Shown piece after piece: positions 23,120 to 31,728 of a DNA stretch of 64,000 bases. The stretch is taken from positions 3,693-67,692 of the forward strand of contig CAMOPX010000006.1 in NCBI GenBank assembly GCA_946622415.1, read 5' to 3'. Positions within the stretch are counted from its first letter, which is position 1. Each line of letters begins with the position of its first letter. The translations under genes and the position numbers were made by a program. The DNA comes from an uncultured bacterium. GTDB lineage: Bacteria; Cyanobacteriota; Vampirovibrionia; Gastranaerophilales; Gastranaerophilaceae. The notes under the pieces are model-generated. The model did no database searches. It was not told where the DNA came from and saw only the letters and a list, made by a program, of their open reading frames with translations.

Positions 23120-24127
23120 ATGAAGATAATATTTTACGAAATAAAAGATTCGGAATTTGATTATTTATCTGAAAGAATTCCGAACACGATTGAACCTGTA
23201 TTCATAAAACATACGTTAAACGAATCAACTTATATAGACGAAAAACAAAAAAATATTGACGCAATCAGTATTTTTGTTGCAAGCAGATTGACAAAAAATG
23301 TACTCGAAAAATTTCCGAATTTGAAATATATTTTTTTAAGATGTTCGGGATATTCTAATGTTGATTCAGATTATTGCAAAGAAAAAAATATAACAATATT
23401 TAATACACCAAACTACGGAAGTTCTACTGTTGCGGAATATGTATTTACTTTAATTTTAGCGGTTTCTAAGAAATTAAATAAGACCGTGCGGGAATTAAAA
23501 AACGGTACAACAGATTCATCCGAACTCACGGGTATAGAACTATACAATAAAACAATAGGTGTAATCGGAACGGGAAACATCGGAAGAAAGGTTATTAATA
23601 TTGCCCATGGGTTTAATATGTCCGTATTAGCTTACGACATCAAAAAACAAGGTGCATATAATTATGTATCAATGGAAGAATTACTTTCAAAATCCGACTT
23701 TGTCAGCATAAACTGTCCTTTAACAAAAGAAACAAAAGGACTTATTAATAAATATACGCTATCTCTTATGAAACCAAATGCAATATTAATCAATACATCA
23801 AGAGGAGAAATAGTTTCAACAAAAGATTTATACACAGCACTCGTAAATAAAAAATTAAAAGGTGCGGGGCTGGATGTAATAGAATGTGAAGAACTTTTAT
23901 GTATGCAAAGAAAAGAATGCGAGAATTTTGATAATTTGAGAAATTACTGTCTTAAAAAATATTTTTTCATTCATAAACTTATGCAACTGGAAAATGTTGT
24001 TATAACACCGCACAATGCATACAATACAAAAGAAGCAAACCGAAGAATTTTAAATATTACATTGAATAATATAAATTCATGCAGTGATATAGAATTTTGC
24101 AATAAAAATCAAGTATTAATAAGTTAA
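23120..24127 (+). CDS. D-isomer-specific 2-hydroxyacid dehydrogenase (D-lactate dehydrogenase-like)
   Basis: 335 aa. Has the NAD-binding motif GVIGTGNIGRKV, an R/E/H catalytic pattern (NTSRG...D.....E....TPH). Confidence 0.8.
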   Translation: MKIIFYEIKDSEFDYLSERIPNTIEPVFIKHTLNESTYIDEKQKNIDAISIFVASRLTKNVLEKFPNLKYIFLRCSGYSNVDSDYCKEKNITIFNTPNYGSSTVAEYVFTLILAVSKKLNKTVRELKNGTTDSSELTGIELYNKTIGVIGTGNIGRKVINIAHGFNMSVLAYDIKKQGAYNYVSMEELLSKSDFVSINCPLTKETKGLINKYTLSLMKPNAILINTSRGEIVSTKDLYTALVNKKLKGAGLDVIECEELLCMQRKECENFDNLRNYCLKKYFFIHKLMQLENVVITPHNAYNTKEANRRILNITLNNINSCSDIEFCNKNQVLIS

Positions 24128-24153
24128 TATTTAAGACAATTTATTTTATTTTT

Positions 24154-24168
24154 TGATATAATTATCGT
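24154..24168 (+). promoter_or_regulatory. Extended -10 element placed for a leaderless deoC transcript
   Basis: TGaTATAAT + tatcgt (6 nt) + ATG at 24169. No SD. Confidence 0.5.
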
Positions 24169-24825
24169 ATGGAAAAAATTAATAATTATATTGAACACAC
24201 TTTATTAAGTCCTCAAGCATCAAAAGACCAAATCGAAAAACTTATTCAAGAGGCAATAGAGTACAATTTCTTAGGTGTTTGTGTTAATCCCAATTATGTT
24301 GATTTTGCAAAAAAACTTTTGGAAGGTAAAAGTACAAAAATTGTTACGGTTGTAAATTTTCCGCTTGCAAACAATAAAATAGAAACTGTTTTATATCAAA
24401 CAGAACATGCTCTAAAAGACGGAGTGGATGAAATTGATACCGTGATTAATCTTTCTGAATTAAAAAACAAAAACTACAAAAAAGTGGAAGATGACATCAA
24501 AAAAACAAAAGAAATATGTAAGGATAACAACTTAAAAGTTATTATAGAAACCGATGTTTTAACAAAAGAAGAAATTGTTATTGCATCAAACTGTGCCGTA
24601 TCGGGCGGAGCTAATTTTGTAAAAACTTCAACCGGATTCGTTAAAAACGGAGTCGGCGCAACTGTTGAAAATGTAAAATTAATGTATAAAACTGTTTCTC
24701 CGCACGGATTAGAAGTAAAAGCAAGCGGCGGAATAAAAACATATTCGCAAGCAATTGATTTAATAAATGCAGGTGCGGTAAGACTCGGAACTTCAAGTGG
24801 TGTTCAAATAATTAGCGGCAACTAA
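24169..24825 (+). CDS. deoC: Deoxyribose-phosphate aldolase
   Basis: 218 aa. Has IDHT.L-type N-terminus IEHTLL, VCVNP, FVKTSTGF (Schiff-base Lys) and KASGGI. Confidence 0.9.
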   Translation: MEKINNYIEHTLLSPQASKDQIEKLIQEAIEYNFLGVCVNPNYVDFAKKLLEGKSTKIVTVVNFPLANNKIETVLYQTEHALKDGVDEIDTVINLSELKNKNYKKVEDDIKKTKEICKDNNLKVIIETDVLTKEEIVIASNCAVSGGANFVKTSTGFVKNGVGATVENVKLMYKTVSPHGLEVKASGGIKTYSQAIDLINAGAVRLGTSSGVQIISGN

Positions 24826-24838
24826 AAAGGAAAGAAAA

Positions 24839-25036
24839 ATGACAAAAGAAGAAAACAAAATAACAATCAGATCAGACAGAGATACAGACTATACTTTTAT
24901 GTATAAAGGTGAAGAAGTTACACTCAAAGCAGGCAGTGTTGTTTCTATTGCCGACGGACTTAAAAACGTTGTCTTTCCGACTGTTGCAATGAAGATAATG
25001 AACAATCTTATTGTTATTAAAAAGGATGTTAAATAA
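24839..25036 (+). CDS. Small hypothetical protein (65 aa)
   Basis: SD aaaaaggaaag lies upstream. Its stop overlaps the ATG of the next gene (TAATG), indicating translational coupling. No recognisable motif. Confidence 0.4.
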   Translation: MTKEENKITIRSDRDTDYTFMYKGEEVTLKAGSVVSIADGLKNVVFPTVAMKIMNNLIVIKKDVK

Positions 25037-25344
25037 TGGCGCAAACAAAAACAAAAGGAAATACCGATATTGAAAACCAAGTCATAATAACGGTTGCAGG
25101 AAAAGACAAGGTTGGAATTGTAGCGGGAGTTTCAAATTGTCTTGCAAAACACAATGTTAATATTGAAGATATTAAACAAACAATCATGCAGGATAATTTT
25201 GTAATGATGATGTTATGCGATATCGGAAACTTAAAAATTACCTTTAAAAATTTCAAAGATGCCATGGCTCTGCTCGGCAAAGAATTAGGCATGGAAATTT
25301 GGGTACAAAAAAAAGATATTTTTGATAAAATGCATACAATTTAA
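25036..25344 (+). CDS. ACT domain protein (UPF0237 family)
   Basis: 102 aa. [27 protein letters not shown] fits the ACT fold pattern, and the gene shows the usual pairing with a UPF0210 gene. Confidence 0.8.
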   Translation: MAQTKTKGNTDIENQVIITVAGKDKVGIVAGVSNCLAKHNVNIEDIKQTIMQDNFVMMMLCDIGNLKITFKNFKDAMALLGKELGMEIWVQKKDIFDKMHTI

Positions 25345-25361
25345 CTTTTTTAGGAAAAATT

Positions 25362-26729
25362 ATGACAACCTTTAATCAACAAAACATTCTTGAAACAATA
25401 AGAATGATTAAAATACATCATCTTGATATAAGGACAACCACCTTAGCAATAAGTCTAAGGGACTGTTGCACGAGTGATACGAAAAGAACAGCAAACAAAA
25501 TCTACGATAAAATTTTAAAATACGCAAAAAATCTTGTTAAATATGCCAACACTCTGGAAGATGACTATTCTATCCCTATAGTAAACAAAAGAATTGCACT
25601 TACTCCAATTTCTTTAATAGGCGAAAGCTGCGATAATGTTGATTATGTTTATATTGCACAAATGATAGATAAAGCAGGCAAAGAAGTAGGGGTGGATTTT
25701 ATCGGCGGATTTTCCGCACTTGTTGATAAAGGTTTTACAAAAGGCGATATCAGATTTTTTGAACAAATACCCGAAGCATTGGCTTCTACAAAGAAACTCT
25801 GTTCTTCGGTGAATTTAGGAACATCAAAAGCGGGAATCAATATGGATGCCGTGCTTAAAACAGCAGATGTAATAAAGAAAACCGCAGAATTAACAAAAAA
25901 AGAAGATTCAATCGGTGCCGCTAAGTTTGTTTGTTTTTGCAATGCAGTAACAGATAATCCTTTTATGGCAGGTGCATTTTGCGGAATCAATGAACCCGAA
26001 TGCTCACTTAATATCGGAGTTTCAGGCCCCGGTGTTGTTGCAAGTGCAATTGATGAACTTGATAAATCCGCTGATTTTGGCACCGTTGCGGAATTAATCA
26101 AAAAAATGGCATTTAAAATAACGGTTGCAGGCGAACTAATCGGAAATAAACTTGCAAAAAAACTCAATGTACCTTTCGGAATTATTGATTTATCACTTGC
26201 TCCTACACCCGCAAAAGGTGATAGCGTAGCAGAAATATTCAAAGCAATGGGATTGGAGCATGCAGGTGCACATGGTACAACGCTTGCTCTTGCAATGTTA
26301 AATGATGCCGTTAAAAAAGGCGGAATTATGGCCTCAGGTTTTGTCGGCGGTTTATCCGGTGCTTTTATTCCGGTTTCTGAGGATGCGGGAATGATAGAAG
26401 CAGCAAGAAAAGGCTCGCTAACGATAGATAAATTGGAAGCTATGACAAGTGTATGTTCTGTCGGTTTAGATATGATAGCAATTGCCGGTGATACGCCAAA
26501 TTCCACAATTGCAGGCATTATTGCGGATGAAATGGCAATCGGAATGATAAATAAAAAAACAACCGCAGTTCGTATAATCCCCGTAATCGGGAAAAAAGTA
26601 GGCGAAGAAGCAGAATTTGGCGGATTATTAGGAACCGCACCGATTATGAAAGTAAACCCGTATTCCTCGGAAATTTTTGTAAAAAGAGGCGGGAGAGTGC
26701 CCGCACCTTTGCACAGTTTAAATAATTAG
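25362..26729 (+). CDS. UPF0210 (DUF711, PFL-like) family protein
   Basis: 455 aa with N-terminus [22 protein letters not shown]. Conserved partner of the preceding ACT protein. Confidence 0.85.
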   Translation: MTTFNQQNILETIRMIKIHHLDIRTTTLAISLRDCCTSDTKRTANKIYDKILKYAKNLVKYANTLEDDYSIPIVNKRIALTPISLIGESCDNVDYVYIAQMIDKAGKEVGVDFIGGFSALVDKGFTKGDIRFFEQIPEALASTKKLCSSVNLGTSKAGINMDAVLKTADVIKKTAELTKKEDSIGAAKFVCFCNAVTDNPFMAGAFCGINEPECSLNIGVSGPGVVASAIDELDKSADFGTVAELIKKMAFKITVAGELIGNKLAKKLNVPFGIIDLSLAPTPAKGDSVAEIFKAMGLEHAGAHGTTLALAMLNDAVKKGGIMASGFVGGLSGAFIPVSEDAGMIEAARKGSLTIDKLEAMTSVCSVGLDMIAIAGDTPNSTIAGIIADEMAIGMINKKTTAVRIIPVIGKKVGEEAEFGGLLGTAPIMKVNPYSSEIFVKRGGRVPAPLHSLNN

Positions 26730-26753
26730 GATTGCGTTTTAGTGCGGATTATA

Positions 26754-26960
26754 TGCAAAGAAAAGCGCAAGCACCATAAATCGTTTTATTTCCACGCATT
26801 ACGTAGCGAATATTTGTTGTTTCTTTTAATTTTCGTTAAAAAACCGTATTGTCTGAGAACCGAAGGTTCGAGTTTACGATTTTAGAAAATTAAAAGATTA
26901 CAAACAAATAATGAGCGAAGTGTAGCGTGGGGAGTTTCTTTTCCGCCTCTTTTCTTTGCA
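26754..26960. repeat. ~207-nt imperfect palindrome folding into a rod with a large central bubble (candidate 6S-like RNA or MITE-like element; strand unknown)
   Basis: Helices found by hand folding: 26754-26765/26949-26960 (12 bp), 26792-26797/26925-26930 (6 bp) and 26811-26834/26885-26910 (23 bp). There is an internal loop 26798-26810 vs 26911-26924 and an apical gaacc-gaa-ggttc. Confidence 0.5.
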
Positions 26961-26978
26961 GGCTCAAAGAAAAGAGGC
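26945..26978. repeat. Perfect 13-bp hairpin with purine-rich arm
   Basis: gcctcttttcttt pairs with aaagaaaagaggc around loop gcaggctc. It competes with the closing helix of the long hairpin. Confidence 0.6.
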
Positions 26979-27004
26979 AAATATAAAAAGACTTTCTTTG
27001 GTTC

Positions 27005-27048
27005 ATTTCTTTCTTTTTCTTGCGGCTATTGAGCAAAAAGAAAGAAAT
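27005..27048. repeat. Perfect 14-bp hairpin related to the preceding one
   Basis: atttctttcttttt pairs with aaaaagaaagaaat with a 16-nt loop ctt gcggct att gagc. It lies 60 nt past the OMF gene stop, and no clean U-tract follows. Confidence 0.6.
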
Positions 27049-27107
27049 AAACGTTAGAAAAATAAAAAATAACTTAATTACAAATTAAAATAAATGTAAT
27101 TCCACAA

Positions 27108-28505
27108 TTAAATCTTAGCACCTGTTGCTTTATACAAACTGATTTTGTCTATAAAACAATCCATCTTCGCTGTAGTGGTCAACTGTTTTACATACAAAAG
27201 CGTTTCTTCATGCTGCAACAAGTCGAGCTTTGATATTACGCCTTTGTTAAATTTCGACTGAGTTAATTCATAGTCTTTATTTTGTATCTCAAGCGCCTTT
27301 TTATTGTTTATATATTTGTCATTATCACTTTTTAAATTATATAAAGAATCATTTATTTCTTGAATTGCCGTCAGATTTGTTTTTTCATATTTTTGCAAAA
27401 GTTGTTGATATTTAGCTTTACTTATTTTTAGATTTGCTACCCTTTTAAACCCTGTAAATATAGGTAAGCTCGCACCGGCACCTAAAGCAGCGACTGCCGT
27501 ATTCCATCCCATATCAACACCTGATTGAGCAATAAAAGTTACAAGTCCCAAAATATCAATAGTCGGTAAAAATTCTTTCTTTGCTACTCTAATATCAATC
27601 CCTGCAGCTTCAAGCTGTTTTTCAGCCGCTTTATAATCGGGACGATTTACGATTATTTCCGATGAAATTTCACTTGGTATATTAAAATTGTCATTTAAAC
27701 CGTTATAAGAAATTCTTTCATAATTTTTTGAATTTTCAGCACTGTCTCCGATTAAAACTGCCAAAGCATTAAGTGCATTTTGGCGGTACTTTTTATAATC
27801 AAGGAGATCATTTTGAGCAAGAACATAGTTTTTTTCAGCCAAAATCAAATCAGAGGTTGATGTGATGCCTTCTTTATTTGATATTTTCATTAGTCTGAAA
27901 ATTTCGCCACGCTCTTCGACAAGTTTTTCTTGATTTTTTATCAATTCATCAAATTTTACGATATTATAATAAGTTGCGCCGACCATTGAAACCACTGCAA
28001 TATCAGAGGTTTGCGTATTAAATTTTGTGCTTTCCAATAGTTTTTTGGAAGATTTTGTTTTATCCCAATTTTTTCCGAATAAATCCAATTCGTACGAAGC
28101 TATAATCGGCAGCGAAAAGGAACCTTGACTTTTTGTTTGATAAGGCATTTTCATTAATACGGGCGAAGGACTGATTGATAAACTCGGCAATTGATCTGCG
28201 CGGGCAATAGTAACAGAATTTTTTGCAATTTCAATATTTAATGCGGCAATTTTGATATCGTTATTTTTTTCAAGCGCCAATTCAATATATTTTTCCAACA
28301 ACGAATCGTTTTGCTTTCGCCACCAATCATAATTTATATAATCAAGAATCCTTGTTTCTTCCTCTACTTTATTTTTATTTTTAAACAGTTTAGATTCTTT
28401 TTTAAAATTTTGTCCGCTGTTTGTATCCGTAATTGCATAACTATATGGCAAAGATAAGCTGAGTAAAATTGATGTAAATATTGATAGTGTTAAAAATTTT
28501 TTCAA
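27108..28505 (-). CDS. Outer-membrane efflux protein (TolC/OprM-type OMF)
   Basis: Has the duplicated OEP repeat pattern. The ORF runs to a TTG at 28517. However, the TTG at 28505 has SD GGAG 6 nt upstream and gives a classic signal peptide, MKKFLTLSIFTSILLSLSLPYSYA. Confidence 0.8.
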   Translation of the reverse strand: MKKFLTLSIFTSILLSLSLPYSYAITDTNSGQNFKKESKLFKNKNKVEEETRILDYINYDWWRKQNDSLLEKYIELALEKNNDIKIAALNIEIAKNSVTIARADQLPSLSISPSPVLMKMPYQTKSQGSFSLPIIASYELDLFGKNWDKTKSSKKLLESTKFNTQTSDIAVVSMVGATYYNIVKFDELIKNQEKLVEERGEIFRLMKISNKEGITSTSDLILAEKNYVLAQNDLLDYKKYRQNALNALAVLIGDSAENSKNYERISYNGLNDNFNIPSEISSEIIVNRPDYKAAEKQLEAAGIDIRVAKKEFLPTIDILGLVTFIAQSGVDMGWNTAVAALGAGASLPIFTGFKRVANLKISKAKYQQLLQKYEKTNLTAIQEINDSLYNLKSDNDKYINNKKALEIQNKDYELTQSKFNKGVISKLDLLQHEETLLYVKQLTTTAKMDCFIDKISLYKATGAKI

Positions 28506-28576
28506 AGTATTCTCCAAGTCCCAATTAATTTATAATTTTATTATTGCATTTTTTTCAATATAATGCTAGCATATTA

Positions 28577-28610
28577 ATGTTGCAAATGCAACATGTTATT
28601 AATGCAACAT
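28577..28610. promoter_or_regulatory. Putative MarR operator in the divergent OMF / marR-emrAB control region
   Basis: Perfect palindrome atgttgca-aa-tgcaacat (28577-28594) plus a third half-site tgcaacat (28603-28610), 15 nt upstream of the marR ATG. Confidence 0.5.
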
Positions 28611-28624
28611 ATTAGAAAGACATA

Positions 28625-29077
28625 ATGGGGAAGTACGAAGACAGCTTATTTTATCAGCTAAATTCAAATGCTAAATACTTTAATTTATTGTTTGATAATT
28701 TTGTTAAAGGTTTAAATTTGGGTTTAAATGCTCATGAACATCTTGCGCTGATTATTATTTCCGATAAAAAAGATTGCTGTCAAAGAGATTTAGCAAAAAT
28801 ACTCGTAAAAGACAGAGCCAACACGGGAAAAATTGCATCAACATTAGAAGCCAAAGGGCTTATTAAAATAGAGTTAAAAACAAAAAACAACAGACCCGTA
28901 AAAATACTTTCTCTGACTCAAAACGGGAAAAAAATTTGTAAAACAATAGACGAAAAAGTAAAACCGTTAATAAACAAAATTAATAACGAAATTTCAAAGG
29001 AAAAAATAGAACAAATAAAAAATAGCCTAAAAGAATTCAGACAAATTGTGGAAAAAGTAGCCAAAACTAATATCTAG
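28625..29077 (+). CDS. MarR family transcriptional regulator
   Basis: 150 aa with a winged-helix region (QRDLAKIL.KDRANTGKI...LE.KGLI). Confidence 0.85.
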   Translation: MGKYEDSLFYQLNSNAKYFNLLFDNFVKGLNLGLNAHEHLALIIISDKKDCCQRDLAKILVKDRANTGKIASTLEAKGLIKIELKTKNNRPVKILSLTQNGKKICKTIDEKVKPLINKINNEISKEKIEQIKNSLKEFRQIVEKVAKTNI

Positions 29078-29086
29078 GAGAAAAAT

Positions 29087-30076
29087 ATGCCGGAAGAAAA
29101 TAAAGAAACAAGTCAAGAAAACACTGAAACAAAAGGAAAAAAGAGAAAAATATTTTTACCGTTATTAATAATAAGTATATTAATTGCAGCTTTATATTTT
29201 TATCACCAAAGCTTCTATGAATCTACAGACGATGCATACATTGAAGCTGATATAATCCAAGTAACACCTAAAGTATCCGGACATATTACAGAAAATTACA
29301 TTAAAGATAATATGGAAGTAAAACAAGGTGATTTGGTTGCAAAAATAGATGATGAAATATATTTAGCAAAATATAATCAAGCAAAAGCAAACTATGAAAA
29401 AGCTATTTTAAACCAAAAAAATGCAAAAGCCGTTCTTAGTGCTTCAGATTCCGAAATAAGACTTGCAAAAGCGGATTTGGAAAGATATTCGGCTTTATAT
29501 AAAGAAGGTGCCGTTTCAAAACAAACTTTAGATAACGCGCAAACAAAATATGACAGTGCTCTTGCCCGCCAAATCCAAGCGAAAGAAAATATATTTTCAA
29601 ACGGAAACAATGTGGCGGATGCCGATTTAAAATCACTTGAAGCAGCGTTAAAACAAGCAAAATTAAATCTTGAATACACTAATGTATTAGCACCAAACAG
29701 CGGTACAATCACTAACAGAAGAATAGAAAAAGGTTCTTATGTTTCAACAGGAGGACCTTTGTTTGCTATAGTTCCTGATGAAGTTTGGATTGTTGCTAAT
29801 TTTAAAGAAAATCAAGTAGGCAGAATGAAAAAAGGACAAAAAGTTACCATAAAGGTAGATGCATACAGAAACAAAACTTTTGAAGGACATGTCGATTCAA
29901 TACAAAGAGCTTCAGGTGCAAAATCCAGCCTGTTCCCGCCTGAAAATGCAGTCGGTTCTTTTGTTAAAATCGTACAAAGAATCCCCGTCAAAATCGTATT
30001 TGATGAAAAAATAGACAAAGAAAAATACAATATAGTTTCGGGTATGAGCGTCGTGCCAAAGGTAAAAGTAAAATAG
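29087..30076 (+). CDS. emrA: HlyD/EmrA-type membrane fusion protein
   Basis: 329 aa. Has a single N-terminal TM segment, a lipoyl-like motif (TDDAYIEADIIQVTPKVSG), a coiled coil and a beta-barrel C-terminus. Confidence 0.85.
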   Translation: MPEENKETSQENTETKGKKRKIFLPLLIISILIAALYFYHQSFYESTDDAYIEADIIQVTPKVSGHITENYIKDNMEVKQGDLVAKIDDEIYLAKYNQAKANYEKAILNQKNAKAVLSASDSEIRLAKADLERYSALYKEGAVSKQTLDNAQTKYDSALARQIQAKENIFSNGNNVADADLKSLEAALKQAKLNLEYTNVLAPNSGTITNRRIEKGSYVSTGGPLFAIVPDEVWIVANFKENQVGRMKKGQKVTIKVDAYRNKTFEGHVDSIQRASGAKSSLFPPENAVGSFVKIVQRIPVKIVFDEKIDKEKYNIVSGMSVVPKVKVK

Positions 30077-30083
30077 GTAAATT

Positions 30084-31640
30084 ATGTCGGAGCAAACCGT
30101 AAATCAAGAATGGAAGCCTAAATTCAATCCATGGCTTGTTTGTGTACCTTTGATGGTATCTGCTTTTATGTTTGTTTTGGATGAAACAATAGCAAACGTT
30201 GCCCTGCCATATATGGCGGGAAGTTTTTCCGTTTCTTATAAAGAAAGCACATGGATATTAACAAGCTACTTAATTGCATCAGGTATAATAATTCCTTCCG
30301 TAGATTTCTTTTCAAAATTAATGGGAAGAAAAAATTTCTTGATTCTATCAATAATTATTTTTACAATATCTTCGTTTTTGTGCGGGATTGCAACTTCTCT
30401 GCCTATGATGATTTTAACAAGAATACTTCAAGGCTTCGGGGGCGGCGCAATACTACCGTTGTGTCAATCAATGATGTTAGAATTATTTCCTGTTGAAAAA
30501 CGTGCACAATCAATGGCAATGTTCGGACTTGTTGTGGTTCTTGCACCAATATTAGGCCCTGTTGTTGGCGGTTGGATAACAAGCAACTGGTCATGGCCTT
30601 ATATTTATTACATCAATATTCCATTTGGAATATTAGCAATATACCTTGCGCAAAAATTTATAGAAGATCCGCCTTATGCCAAAAAACAAAAAAATGTCTA
30701 TATTGATAAATTAGGCTTTTTTACTCTTACTATGTGGCTTTCCTGTATGCAGGTTACATTAGATAAGGGTAATGATATGGATTGGTTCGGTTCAACCCTA
30801 ATATGCTGGTTAACGTTTTTCACGGTATTTTTTGCCATTTGGTTTTTTATTGTACAGTTCACAAAAAAAGATTCTCTCATTGATTTAAAAGTATTTAAAG
30901 ATGCAAACTTTTTCTTGGGTACAATGGTACAAATAATAATGCAAGGGGTTTTGCTTGCATCAATTACAATTCTGCCTCAGTTTCTACAGAGCTTAATGGG
31001 ATATGATGCGTTTTTATCAGGGTTAGCCGTAATGCCTCGCGGTGTTGGTGCTTTGAGTGTTTCAATAATAATAGGAACAGTAGGAAGCTCTATAAATCCT
31101 AAAGTTCTTGTAGTTTCAGGTATGGTTTTATTAAGCATTTCAAGTTTTATGTTATCAGGGTTAAATCTTGAAATTTCAACAATAAATATTGCAATACCGA
31201 ATTTTATTATGGGTGGCGCAATGGCAATGAGTATGATTCCGATTATTACTCTATCTACAATGACTCTAACCAATGAACAAATGACAAATGCATCAGGCGT
31301 GCAAAATCTTTTGAAAAATCTCGGCGGTGCAATCGGTACATCCGTTATTACAACAATAATTTCAAGACGCGCACAAGTTCATCAGCATTATCTTGTTGAT
31401 AATTTAACGGCAACAAATAATGTCTTTTTAGAAAGATTGCAAAGCTACATAGGCGCTTTTATGGGAAATACGGACATAAACCATGCAACAGAACTTGCAA
31501 ACAGTGTTTTATATAAACAAATGCTTTTGCAGGCAAATATGTGCGCATTTAAAGACGCTTTTGAATTATCCGCAATAGCTTGTCTTGCTTTAATTCCTCT
31601 GCTCTTGTTATTAAAAGGTATACCAAAAAAACAAAAATAA
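30084..31640 (+). CDS. emrB: EmrB/QacA (DHA2, 14-TMS) MFS drug efflux transporter
   Basis: 518 aa. Has LDETIANVALPYM and the motif-A-like LMGRKNFL, with about 14 hydrophobic spans. Confidence 0.88.
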   Translation: MSEQTVNQEWKPKFNPWLVCVPLMVSAFMFVLDETIANVALPYMAGSFSVSYKESTWILTSYLIASGIIIPSVDFFSKLMGRKNFLILSIIIFTISSFLCGIATSLPMMILTRILQGFGGGAILPLCQSMMLELFPVEKRAQSMAMFGLVVVLAPILGPVVGGWITSNWSWPYIYYINIPFGILAIYLAQKFIEDPPYAKKQKNVYIDKLGFFTLTMWLSCMQVTLDKGNDMDWFGSTLICWLTFFTVFFAIWFFIVQFTKKDSLIDLKVFKDANFFLGTMVQIIMQGVLLASITILPQFLQSLMGYDAFLSGLAVMPRGVGALSVSIIIGTVGSSINPKVLVVSGMVLLSISSFMLSGLNLEISTINIAIPNFIMGGAMAMSMIPIITLSTMTLTNEQMTNASGVQNLLKNLGGAIGTSVITTIISRRAQVHQHYLVDNLTATNNVFLERLQSYIGAFMGNTDINHATELANSVLYKQMLLQANMCAFKDAFELSAIACLALIPLLLLLKGIPKKQK

Positions 31641-31728
31641 CTGTACCGATTTAGAATAAATTATTTGTTTATAATATTCCGATTTTTTAATATAATTTAT
31701 TTGACAGAAGTAAATATGGTTAAGAGTT

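Noticed and set aside
25649-26518. 289-aa ORF antisense to the UPF0210 gene.
   Set aside because: It is low-complexity (Ala/Ser/Pro/Ile-rich) and lies entirely inside a well-supported conserved gene on the other strand, with no SD or promoter. This is a typical shadow ORF of a locally G+C-richer gene.
26857-26880. GGTTCGAG string resembling a tRNA T-loop; the spacer was considered as a tRNA, tmRNA or tRNA remnant.
   Set aside because: The stem closes a 3-nt loop (gaacc-gaa-ggttc). There is no acceptor, D or anticodon arm geometry, no CCA-proximal pairing, and no tmRNA 5' GGGG..TGA or tag-ORF features.
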